A stretch of DNA of 64,000 bases from Eutreptiella sp. 'Long Island Sound 2002' (taxonomy: Eukaryota > Protista > Euglenida), in contig OZ038378.1 of NCBI GenBank assembly GCA_964036045.1, forward strand, positions 200,322,001 through 200,386,000, given 5' to 3'. A program made the position numbers and the translations under genes. The notes below the pieces were generated by a model. It did not search any database, was not told the DNA's origin, and worked only from the letters and a program-made list of their open reading frames with translations. Below are positions 13,725 to 25,027 of this stretch, piece by piece. Within the stretch, counting starts at the first letter, position 1. Each line of letters opens with the position of its first letter.

Positions 13725-14658
13725 CACGGCACCCTGTGGGGGTGCTCGCGGTGGGGGTGGGGGTGTTTGACGTACCGCACGCGTCCGCTCTTCCCCCGGA
13801 TCCGTCCGACTTTTCCTTTTGCACTAGGACAAGCGGAGACTTGGGAGGTTTGGGGGGTGACAGGGGCAAAGGCGAGAGGGAGGACCAGAAGGTGAAGATG
13901 CAGGGGTGACGTCGGACCGAACGTGCAACGCCATCCCCCACCTTCCCTTGGGCCCGGACAACACGCAAAATGGACAGCCCAACGCACATCCTGTGCACCG
14001 CTTGCGCTGCGTCTGCGAGTGGCCACACAGGTGCACTGCGCGGGCGCTGCGCTGACCGCGCCGCCCTTCTGAGGCAGGACCTGCGGCACCGCAGTGGTCG
14101 CGGACGGCGGTTGGCACTTCACCAGCGGTGGTCCCTGGCCCACAGACGGGGGTGGGCAGGTCATGGCACAGGGCACGAGCGTGTGGGTGCAGATGTCCGT
14201 GGAACATCTCGCGGGGCAACGCCGACGCGGGGGATGGGCAGAGCAGCGGGTCTGGCCTGGGGACGCAGGGGTCCAGGGCGCAGGCGCAGAACGCCTGGGT
14301 TCATCGCCCAAACCCGGGCATACCAGCCGCCGAGACACGGGGGCGGTGGGCTGCCCACGGGGGAGTGCTCGGGGTCGTTGGTGGACCAACGCCACCGAGG
14401 GACAGCAGCACAAGCAACGGGAGCGATCCGAGCAAGTCAACAGAATGGGGCACTGCTCGGGGCCCCATGGGTCAATGAGTAGACGAAACGCATGACGGGG
14501 GCGGGGGTCATCTGGATTTGTGAGGGTGCGGGGGTTCACAGGTGCAGGGTACACACACATGCACACATGCAGAACTCCAATCGTGGCAACCCGGTTGATG
14601 CATATGTACATCAGCACACGAATGCGCTTACACCTCCGCATCCACGTACACATGCATG

Positions 14659-14731
14659 CACCTACACCTACACCTACATACACCTACATGTACACCTACA
14701 CCTGCACCTGCACCTGCACCTGCACCTACAC

Positions 14732-14810
<79 letters not shown>
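14659..14810. repeat. Compound hexamer microsatellite (CACCTA)n-(CACCTG)n-(CACATA)n
   Basis: Directly visible intronic tandem array. Confidence 0.95.
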
Positions 14811-15433
14811 TGCATGACACGCACGCAAACACACACACATATGACAAGAACCGCAAGAACGCAAACCAAAGACAAGAAAGGCGGTCGAAGAAAACTCCTC
14901 AGCTACACTGGAGGTGAGACTGTGTGCATCAGTGACAGTATGCAATACACACTCTTTCTGATGGAACACAGTCCATATTACCGAGAATATCACATGTTTT
15001 GTGAAAATTGCTGGGGAACTCAAAGTTGAAGGTCTCGAGGCACCCACCCACCCACATCATGCACGAAGATCCACACACACACTATGCAATGGATCCAACA
15101 CAACAACCCTGGAGGCAACAGGGCACTGCACTGGACAGCTTCAGCTCGTCAGGCCAGCAAAAACAATGAGTGTGGCATTTCACACACACACACACACACA
15201 CCTACACACACACCTACACACACACCTACACACACATGCACATACACATGCACTTGTACGTGGTCGAAATTTGCAGCCCCGCTCATGCCAGACAACCTGC
15301 ACACCCACGCCCACGCCCGCAGTCCCAGCCCAACCCCACAACGCACACTCTCAGGGCCCCAGAGCCCATGCTCTCCACACAGCCCAAACCCCCTCCAGTC
15401 CCTCTTGCGGACGCCAACATGTGACAAAGGGAC

Positions 15434-15893
15434 CTGCACGACTTTCATGGCCTGCGCCTGCCCACTCATTTTGACGTCCTGCAGCTTCCGCTCCTCCTCC
15501 TCTTTGAACCGGTCGAGCTGCATCTGCAGGGCACCCTCCCCCTTCTGGTGCGCCTGGATCTGCTCCATGAAGCCGGCGATCTCGCTCTCTTTGCTCCGGA
15601 GCTGCTCCCGCAGCTCCCGCATATTGCGGTCGCGCTCCCCCACGTCTTTCCGGAGCGAGGCCATTTCCTGTTGCCAGTTCTTCACCAACTTTTGCTGCAT
15701 TGAAAGCTCCCGCGTTGCCTTGTCCAACTGCTCTTGGCTGTGCTGCAGCTCGGATTCCAAATGCTGGTACCGCAGCCCGGCCTCTGTGTCCGCCTGCGTC
15801 CCCTGATCCCCGTCGGAGGTCGCAGCCGCACTGCGGAGTGTTTCCATTTCTGCCGCCTGCACTCCCAAGCTGCCTTTCAGTGCCACCACCTCT
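15434..15893 (-). CDS. Coiled-coil protein exon 5
   Basis: Acceptor CCCGCAG at 15894, donor GTCCCT at 15433; 460 nt, phase 2/0; EVVALKGSLGVQAAEMETL...ERKLQDVKMSGQAQAMKVVQ. Confidence 0.85.
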
Positions 15894-16174
15894 CTGCGGG
15901 TAATCGCGCGCGCATGTGGCTGTGGGCGCGCATCAGGGCGAGGATGAGGGATGGTGCGGCTCAGGCGGCGGGTCGAGGCGAGGGCGGGCATGAGGGAGAG
16001 CAGTGGTTGCCGAAGGTCGGAGTGAGGGCAATAGTGAGGATGGGGTTCAGCACACGCAGGGTACGCGTAGGAGCAGGTGTTGTGGATAGGGGTCACGGTG
16101 AGGGTGAGAGTAGTGATGAGGGTGACTGCGAGGGCTCGGGCCAGAGGGAGGGTGTGCGCAGCGACGAGGCGTAC

Positions 16175-16684
16175 CGCTCCGCTGCGTCTGAGCGGCGTTG
16201 GCTGCCCGCGAGTTCGCCCTCAAGTCGCTGCGCGTCGGCCGTCAGGGCGGCGACGCGCTGCTGCAGCGCCTCGGCCTCAGCCGCCCGTGCCTTCAGCTCC
16301 TCCTTGACGCTCTTCTGCTCCTTCTCCCAATGTTTGGCCAACTGCGTCTGCAGGTGCAGCTCCTTCTCCAAATGCGCCGGGTCAGGGCCCCGCGGCGCAC
16401 TCTGGGCCCTGTTCGCTGCCAACTCGGCCTGCGCCTCCTCCAGCTCCCGCCTCAGGCCCTTTGCGGCGGCTGTATCGGCCTGGGCCTGGCCCCGTAGGGC
16501 ACTGACCTCCTCCTGTAGACTCCTGATGGACTCCACCAGCGCCTCGTCCTGCCCGCTCTCGGCCGCCAGCTGATTCATGAGGCGCGCGCGCTCCTCCCCC
16601 GCCGCCGCCAATTCGGCTTGAAGCCGCTCCACCTCCTCCCCCATCCCTCCGGCCTCCGCCTGGGCCACTTCCAGCTCCGCAATC
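16175..16684 (-). CDS. Coiled-coil protein exon 4
   Basis: Acceptor TCTCTCAG at 16685, donor GTACGC at 16174; 510 nt, phase 2/2; IAELEVAQAEAGGMGEEVERLQAEL...SQRRSDAAE. Confidence 0.88.
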
Positions 16685-17704
16685 CTGAGAGAGACCCCGG
16701 ACGCAAACGGGTCATGGACAAGTGAGCGGAAGAACGGAAAGAGAGATTGAGGCGGCGATGCAAACTGGAAGAGGGGAAGGCACGCTGCCGTCTTCACCTG
16801 CCCCCAACTGCCCCGCCCCTTCAACGACGGCACATGTAACCGACAGACACCGCTGCGAAGCGTTTCGCCGGCCCCCTCTGACCTGTGGTGGCTGCTGCTC
16901 AGCAGGAAGCAGGAGTCTCGGAGTCTGTGCACGCCCGGGATTGACACTGTTGGCGCGCGCGCGCGCGCGCACGCACGAAAAGCAGCCAGAGATGCATGGG
17001 CAGGGGCAGTGCGTCGGTTCCAAAGGCAGGAGCCGTGGTGCGGTATCGTCCCTAAGGTCTTGAGGATGTTGCCCCGTCTTCTCCTGTGATGTGCGCATCA
17101 CAGTGTCGGGCGAACATTGAAGTGGGAGAGGGAGAGGGCGAGGGAAATAGAGAGGCGGAGAGAGCGTGTGGGATGGACTTGCAACCAGCGTCCACCAGGT
17201 TTGCGACAGGATATCACTGAGTGGTACCTCTGCGTCTCACGGTCACAAAAATTTCTGTGGGCTAACCTGCTCAAACCCAGTGAGCGGGATGGCGGGCAGT
17301 GGCCGGACGACAAGGGGCGGCCCTCCCCCCTCACCGGAGGACAAGGTGGGTCTGAATGGCCCGCTCTACAGTGCAAAGGGAATGAGTGAAAGGAGTGGGA
17401 CGCCATGAGCCATACGTTCCTTGACCCCACCTCAGGCACCGGGGAAGGCCTTGCCATAGCCTAAAGCAGGGCTGAGAAGCGAAGCCCCTCTCCGGTGGCC
17501 ATGGCGCAGGTTTCGTCGGATTCTGCGACCTTTTGGTCTGGTATACTCGCCAATCTTTGTGGCCCATGCCACGGTCAAATTGGCACTGAGCCGCACAGTC
17601 TTCCCACCGGCGTCCCTTGGCTCACGAAACTCAGTCCCGCTCCCGGACACTCGTGGCATGTCCTACGTGGTTGGCATAAACTCCCGCCCCCAAAATGTAT
17701 ACCC

Positions 17705-18095
17705 CGGGGTATAGATTTCGGCAGAACGCCCAATAAGGCCAGGGGGGTATAAAGTTTTGTGTTGGCGGCATGGAACATTCAGATTCAGAATCCGATTTTG
17801 AACTGCATGAGGTAGACCCTGTGGTTGATGGGTTTTCTGATGACTGATGCTGTGGCCCATGCCTCCAGCAGTGTTTCGAATGTCAAGAAGCAAACCACAA
17901 TCACCGCCTTCTTCAAGTGAGTGACCATTGCAGTGGTGTTGAGATTGTACTCTGGATTTGTTCGTGTTGTGTTTCCTTGTGCAGGGCTGAAGGGGGTACA
18001 GATTTTGGCAAAACGCCCAATAAGCCTAGGGGGGTATAAATATTGGGGGGGTATAAATATTGGGGGGGGTACAAATTTTTGGGGGGGGGGTTTAG
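17705..18095. repeat. ~48-bp direct repeat pair plus 17-mer tandem (TATAAATATTGGGGGGG)
   Basis: GGGGTA(T/C)AGATTT(C/T)GGCA(G/A)AACGCCCAATAAG...GGGGGGTATAAA at ~17707 and ~17994; about three 17-mer units at 18035-18090. Confidence 0.7.
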
Positions 18096-18165
18096 CCCTC
18101 AACAAACGCACAACAGAGGGACGAGGGACGGATGCCACAGAGGAAGCACGTCGGGGTCGCTTCAC

Positions 18166-18359
18166 CTGCTGCCCCGTCGCTCCAGCTCCTGCTCGTCCCG
18201 CGATACACGGGCCTTCAGGTCCGCCAGGGCCTTGGCCTGCTTCTCCTGCCGCTGCTTCATGGACGCCTTCCACTCCTCCACCTTCCCCTTGAGTTCGGTG
18301 TGCGACGCCTGTTCAGCGGCGAGCGCCTGCGCCTGCACCTCCGCCTGCGCCTCCAGTTC
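18166..18359 (-). CDS. Coiled-coil protein exon 3
   Basis: Acceptor CCACGCAG at 18360, donor GTGAAG at 18165; 194 nt, phase 0/2; ELEAQAEVQAQALAAEQASHTELKGKVEEWKASMKQRQEK... Confidence 0.88.
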
Positions 18360-19208
18360 CTGCGTGGAGGCGAGGACATGGCTGACGAATGGGACGAACA
18401 GGAACACGCGCGCAGCGACCAGTGGTTGAGATGGAACAGGGCTGCTTGCAGCCCGACGCTTCAGGGGGCTACAACCACCACCACCAACAACAGAAGGGGT
18501 TTCCTAATTACTCCGCCCCAGCGCTTCGGGTTCTACTCTGCTGCCGCCATCTTTTGCATTGATACGTGCCCTCCCCAAATCAAGGCAACAAAATCAACGA
18601 TGGCCGCCCGGGGGGTGGCTTATGCCGCACGGCGACCGGAGGGCTGTGTCATGGGAATTCCAGTGGAGATCCTGTCCAATGCAGGAATTCACGATTATTT
18701 TCTGGTTCTCGGGCCCTCAGTCATATGCAGGGATGGTGGAGCTGACATTGATTGGACTTTAAGGCAATAAACATGAAGAAGCTAATCGTGCAGGACAACC
18801 TGTTGATCGGCGCTGCAGCTGCTGTTCCCTCGCCACGAAACAAACTTCTGTGCACCCTTGTGTATCATCACCCAAACTTGGGGTCCATTGCTTTTTTGGA
18901 AGTCTTTGCTGGCGATCACCGGTGAGTGAGCAACGATCGCCATGAACGCATACGTCTACAACCGCCACCCCCTACTTGATCTTGCACCAATACAATCCAC
19001 GTCAAATGGCAATATGGCTCACCCATGCCTTCGTGCAAACACGCGAATGTGCAGGTACAAAATGGGGGACCTCATTGTCCGATTCATCTTTTTTTCCTTT
19101 CCTTTCCTTGAAGCAAAAAGCGCGTCCGGCTGGTACAGCGGACTAAGCACATAGAACCGGGGGACTTTAAAGTCCATCGAATCCAGTGGGGCACGGCATT
19201 AACCGTAC

Positions 19209-19502
19209 CTGCAGGCGTGCGCTGGTCGCCGCAGCGTCATGCCCCGCAGAGGCGGTCGCTCCTAGCTCTTGCGAGAGGCGCTCTAGCTGCTGCTGGAGCC
19301 CATCAATCACCTCCTGTTTGGAGGTTCCCACAGCCCGCAGCTCCGTCAGCTCGACGTCGAGTTGCATGCGCTGCGACTGGTGGTCCGCCACAAGAGTCTC
19401 CACTTCCGTTCGATGGGCGTGGGCTTTGGCGACAGCATCCTCTTGCAACAACCGCAACTTCTCCTTGTACTTCTTCTGGTCGTCGAGGCGCGTCTTCTTG
19501 AC
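19209..19502 (-). CDS. Coiled-coil protein exon 2
   Basis: Acceptor TTCTGCAG at 19503, donor GTACGG at 19208; 294 nt, phase 0/0; VKKTRLDDQKKYKEKLRLLQEDAV...SARLQ. Confidence 0.88.
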
Positions 19503-19509
19503 CTGCAGA

Positions 19510-19615
19510 ACAACAACCACAACAACAGCAATTGTAGCCACTGCCACCAACCACCACCGCCGCCGCCGCCGCCACCGCCGCCGCCACCACCACCACCACA
19601 ACAGCAGCAGCAGCG

Positions 19616-19673
<58 letters not shown>

Positions 19674-19674
19674 A

Positions 19675-19705
<31 letters not shown>

Positions 19706-19712
19706 ACAAAAA
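19510..19712. repeat. Compound trinucleotide microsatellite (CCG/CAC/CAG/CAA)n
   Basis: Directly visible; lies immediately upstream of the exon-2 acceptor on the minus strand. Confidence 0.95.
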
Positions 19713-20693
19713 CAAAACTCAAGCGGGGCACCAACCTGCCCATACAGCTACAAGCATCGGGGAGGGACACTAGTCTTCGTGAGCCCGGGTTTGCCCCCAA
19801 CTCGCTGCACGTGCAATCGATGCTTGTGTTGGTCGTTCGCAACAAGTGTGTCAAACGCAATGCCAAAGGCAGCGAGCAAAGGCATATTTGCCCATCCCTA
19901 AACCCCGTGTAAGTGCCAATGTTTTGCCCGCTAAGAGATCATAGTGATAGAGGCGTACCCCGAATGGTACAACACAAGCGGGCCGTAGCCACCCAACCAT
20001 CCACCCAATGGCCTGCCACAAAGCCACAAAGTGCTAGCCATGCACCTCCAAGCTTGCGGTTGAATAATTCACGGTTGAAAAGGAATTTCTCTTCCGATAT
20101 TCCGTCATATTTTGAACTGTCACGTCAAAGGTAGTTTGGTGGGAGCTCGTTGTTTCTGCTCTTATCCTTTCAATTTCGGGTTGTGGTCCCTTCTTTGTGA
20201 AGAAGAATCGCCCCCTATGCTTTTCCGGTGGTGTATGGTTTCTTGCCACCACAACTGAGAATCGAGAGGAGATGTGTTTCACGGATAGGGAACACAAGGG
20301 CGTGGATGTTGAACTGAGTGGAAGGCACTATGCTTGAGAATTTCTCACAGAGAGTGTCACTTGGCCCCCTTCCTATCCATAGTCGCCTGGCAGCGGTTTG
20401 TCGCCCCATGGCTGGCCGTGGACGGCTAGAAATGGTGGGGAAGACGAGAAAGAGTCGTGAAAATCCAAACGACAGGAACATAGAGCCCCCCGCCCCCTGA
20501 CTTTGTGGAATAGACTTGAAAAGCAAATTGACTAGGCGAAGGACCACTCTCCACTTCATCGGGTGCCGGCTGTTTACTTGAGACACGGCGGGCACGCGGC
20601 GGCACAAGAAAGGAACGCTGCCGTAAAGAGGACTGGCTCCATGTAAAGGGAGGTTCGTTTCTAAAGAGTATCAAGTGTGTTTCGGTGACTAAC

Positions 20694-20774
20694 CTGCACC
20701 TGCCATTCCTCAACTTTGGTCTTGTACGCAGCATACTCATCCTGCAACTGCTGCAACTCTGCAGCCTCGGACAT
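20694..20774 (-). CDS. Coiled-coil protein exon 1 (golgin/scaffold-like; at least 667 aa over exons 1-7)
   Basis: ATG at 20774, MSEAAELQQLQDEYAAYKTKVEEWQVQ, donor GTTAGT at 20693. All seven introns are GT-AG with mutually consistent phases; KVEEW recurs in exon 3. Confidence 0.8.
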
Positions 20775-23377
20775 GCGACATACAAGAGGCCCGACCGGCC
20801 TGGCTTGATGTTGTCTTGGAAAGCCCGTTAAGAATCAGGGGAAGTTGTTGGAGAGCTTGGGAAGGTCTGCAAAAAATCCATGAAGAAAGGTCACACACAA
20901 CACATGCCGAGTTCGTAAATTGCAAAAAGCAATAATTCACCATTTTGGGAGCTTCTTTTGTACATCGTAAACGCGCAAACAAAACATACGCCGAACTAAA
21001 ACCGAACAGCTCGTCTTTCCCCTCGGAGGTTTTGTGATCCACGGATTCCGCTGATCCTAGCCCACGCCCCCCGCCCCCTCGGATGCTACGGATAGCGCAT
21101 AAAAAACCCCAAACCCCATGGAAAATATGGATATCACCACACATGCAATGCGGCAAAGGCGACCACCCCTCCACCAATGGCACTCGAGACTGAAGCCACA
21201 CTTGATCTTTGTCCAACTTGCACGACGTCGGCACAAACCACAAACCCAACATTCAAAACTACCACTACAGGAGCTTACCCAGCCATGGAGGGGGGGGGGG
21301 GGGGGCTATGTCGTGTCACGGGGCCGCCGCTGTGTTATGTTAGGTGCCTAGTTAGCACGGCGCGCAAAGGTTTGTGTACTAGGATGAGTGGCACTTGTGT
21401 CACCTCTGTCACCTATGCCGGCTGACATTTTTCAATCGAATATTCGGGTTTGTAATTTTGACATTTTTCAATTGAATGCTTGGGTCAGATTGGGATGCGG
21501 TCGGAGCGAGGCATTCGCCGAATCCGAGAGGGACTAGGCAATCTGATCTACCCCAAATCAGTATGGTCTAACCCGCCCGCCCCCCCCCTACTAACGCCCC
21601 CCTACTAATGGATCGGATCATAGGTCGAACATGGAGGCACCTCCTTGCCTACCCTCCCAAAATGGATCGGGTTGCAAGGGCGAGCAGAAGCGTAACAAAG
21701 CTCCTCAAACAAAATGGCAACAATGCCATAAGGCTGGTGCAAAACGATGCATGGGAAGTGTGCTGATTCCAAATGAACACATTGTTCGGCGCGTGTGGAT
21801 GCTCCATGCCTGTACACACATGTGCTATGACAGCCATCACCTGGATGGCCGAAAATTTTATTCAGAAATCATGGTGTGAGTTTGGTTTTGTCGGCATCCC
21901 CATCATGCAAGCTTGCCTGTTGTGTTTGACGTTGAAGATCTAGTGCCTATGCTTTTGTCATGCTAATCGTTATCGTTGTGCATCGGTTGCAGGGGATTTC
22001 TTGGTCATGGCAATTCATTTGTGACCAACCTTCATTTGCTTGTTGCTCTCGTGCGCATATTACATACACCATTGTGACACCGAAGAATTTATGTACAAAT
22101 TCATGGAAAGCCCCCACTTTGGCTTTCTATCAGCCTATTGGCATCTGCCTCAAAACCGGTCCGAATTGAGTGATCTTGAATTGTGGATGACGTCCACCAC
22201 AAACATTTGATCATGATGGTGGGCTTGTTTCCGTGCCTTCGTCACTTTGTGTGCTTGCTTTCCGGAAGGCATAGTAAAACACATATGGGGGGGGGGTTCT
22301 CATGATCACGAACTGCTCACCACCAACTACCAACTACCATTTCACCTCCCCCCAAATGATAGGGTTACGTGGCTACGTGGTTACGTGGTTACGTGGTGGG
22401 TTACATTTTAATTTGCCCCCCCCCCCCAATACCTCCCTCATTATGGCCCCGAAACCTCTAAGGGTTACGTAGCCATGGCCCGATTATGGGTGGGCACAAT
22501 TCCCTCCCACTAGTTTTCTTCGGTTCCTCATACCAACAACCTATGCATGACCCTCATGCGCTTCCCTCCTAGGCAAGTGTGTTGCAATTTGTTCCTGTAC
22601 AATTGCGTGCTTTGTGGTGACATGTTCACTTCATGTTAATTTTCTTTTGGTGAATCAAGACCCTTGTTGTGCATCAAGAACTTTGTGGTGCATTCACAAC
22701 GTTGTCGTGGGCCTAGAAAGTGCCCCACTGCGTTTTGGGATAAGAAACTTGTCGTGCATCACATTAGGCGGTACGTGATGAACTGACACCACGGCAGCCA
22801 TCAGCGTGCTGCGCGCCATAAATCAATGGTCATCCATACATGGAGGAGGAGGGGATGTGAAACCAAAACCTGAATGCATAGCCTTTGGGTTCCAAAAATG
22901 CTAGGCTTGTCTAAGCTATTATTGCAGTGGTTTGCGAGTGAGCATATGAGGCGAAAAAGGTGGGTCATTAAGGCAGAATTGTCGTTGTCAATGTATCTTG
23001 CAGTTGGTGGAGGCTAATGTCTCACCCTCAACAAACACCAAAAATGGCATTGCCTGCATAGCAATGTCCAAAATATGCTCTTCAACAATGATTGTTCTTT
23101 AGGGTACATATTAGGGTGGTACGTGAGCCCCCCCCCTGCTTATGGTCGCATCCGGTCCGACGGTTGGCGTTATCACGGAACTAGGCCCCCGTGACTGGGC
23201 TTGTGAGGCAACACGCAAGACTCATCAGTGGCATGACAAGGAAAACATAGCCACAGTGAAAAAAAATGGACTCAATAGGCACAAACAAAGGCTCAAGTCC
23301 CAAGTCGTGACTCTTGACACAGCTTTTTGGCCTTTTGGATGCGCTTTTGACCTGCACAAAGATGGTGTTCTTCGTAA

Positions 23378-24234
23378 CTAAATTGACAATTTTTCGAATT
23401 CTTCATACTCGGCACGTTCGGCGTCTGTCAAGGCAGGTGCCAAACCCCAATTCGTGGTACCACACATAACATGGTAGTATTGACAATACTCGAATGGGGG
23501 TAGGGACATCCCATTGCCAAAAAACAAAGGCTAAAAGTATGTAACGACCGTGTGTGGCGCATCTTAGCCTAACCACGTTGCACATGGCACAGCACGACAC
23601 AGCGTCAAAATCGTTCAATCCATATTATGAAAAATTCAGGAGACGTCGTTCATGTGACGAATGTCGAGGGCTATCAGAAAACGCACAACTGGTATGTACA
23701 GCCGTACGGTGGGGTGGTGACTCCTGCCAAAGTCCTGGCACAGAAGAGTCGGTGCGGCTTCTATGGAAAAGTCGCGTACACTCCGATCGCCAAATCCACT
23801 TTTGGTGTTGAGTTCAATCTTGCACGCGATTTCCCCGAAAGTTCTCGTGAAAGCTCGGATTTTTCTGTGCGAATTATCTGGAGCTATTGACATATTCAGA
23901 TAGAAGACAACTAAATGGTTTCGTTCACGTGCTGATCGGTCTGCGAATCGCCTGAAATCGCATCTGGAGGTCCAATGTGTGCATATTGACAGTTTGATAG
24001 CCAAGTATGCAAAAATTTTTGACAGCCAAGTGCGCAAAAGAGAAAACCCAGTGGTGCACGAATTTTATCTGATTTTAGGCACGCGCCTGTTTGTGTGTCA
24101 AGACTGGCCCTCCTGCCTGGTGTTGTACCCTGGTTAGGTTGAATGTGAGGTGTGGGAGGCTTCACTTGGCTCCATTCTTCTTTTGAGGTAGTGCATCCTG
24201 GTTCAAGTTCCTCCTTTTGGCCGTTTTGCCGCAT
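23378..24234 (-). CDS. Putative 3-exon hypothetical protein (144 aa): 24234-24129, 23883-23708, 23530-23378
   Basis: Donors GTACAA (24128) and GTACGG (23707), acceptors CAATAG (23884) and TTTTAG (23531); phases 1 and 0 are consistent; ends ...GLAPALTDAERAEYEEFEKLSI-TAG. No homolog recognised. Confidence 0.42.
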
Positions 24235-24330
24235 GTGTAACGTATCGAGGGTGTTCAGGATCTCCGGGAGGGCTATGCGAGTTTTACTTGGCTAACGGTT
24301 GCCTCCTGCGGTCCAGGCTTTCGACAAATA

Positions 24331-25027
24331 ATGAGCGACTCAACTGCGAACCAGGTTGCGACACAACTGGAAATTGAGAAGGAACAGGAGCGCCTGTTGA
24401 AAGAACGCCTTCAAGGAGACCTGAAGCCAGCTCAAAAGAATGTCAAAAGCCACATGATCAAAAAGGTCCTTCTGCTTGTGCCACGACAACGCGAATGTTC
24501 ACGTTCTCAATTGCCGCCTCCGGTTGGCGACCAAACTGCGTGCTGCTGTTTGCAGAGCTTGTGGGGCCCCCCTTCGAAAGTTCAGGGAGCTTCCTGGGTA
24601 GTTCGCAAGGGTTAATGTGACAGATTCCAGGTGAATGCACTTTGTGCTGAAAGCATGCAGAATCACTGAACGCAAGTTGACAGCACCAGTGAGCGCTAAC
24701 GGCTGCATGGTCCACAATTTATGCACAAAAAGTGATGGCTCGTTGTCCCACTGGAGCTGGGCTGACTGCTGTGTGTCACTTATTTTGCACGTTTGCTTGA
24801 ACGACAACCGAACCATCATCCTGCTAATGCTGAATCCCTGGACCATCGTTTTGATTGCATAACTGTCCTTTTCTCAGGACCGCAAATTCTTTGATTCTGG
24901 TGACTATTTTACAAAAAACACCGAAGGTGCAGCTGAAGCCTTGCCCCACCCCTCCCTGCGGTTGTCGAGCGGCCAACCGCCCCCGCCGAAGCCAGGTGGT
25001 GCTGCTCCTTCAAGGGAGACTTCTTGA
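24331..25027 (+). CDS. ENSA: Endosulfine/ARPP19/Igo1-family PP2A-B55 inhibitor (94 aa); exons 24331-24465 and 24878-25027
   Basis: Splicing AAG|GTCCTT ... TTTTCTCAG|GAC yields ...EKEQERLLKERLQGDLKPAQKNVKSHMIKKDRKFFDSGDYF..., containing the family signature FDSGDY (Greatwall/Rim15 phosphosite). Not visible in the ORF track. Confidence 0.87.

Noticed and set aside
22284-23138. Candidate TIR element with G-run/CTCA(T/C)G ends and internal (GTTACGTG)n
   Set aside because: The end similarity is loose and no TSD could be found.
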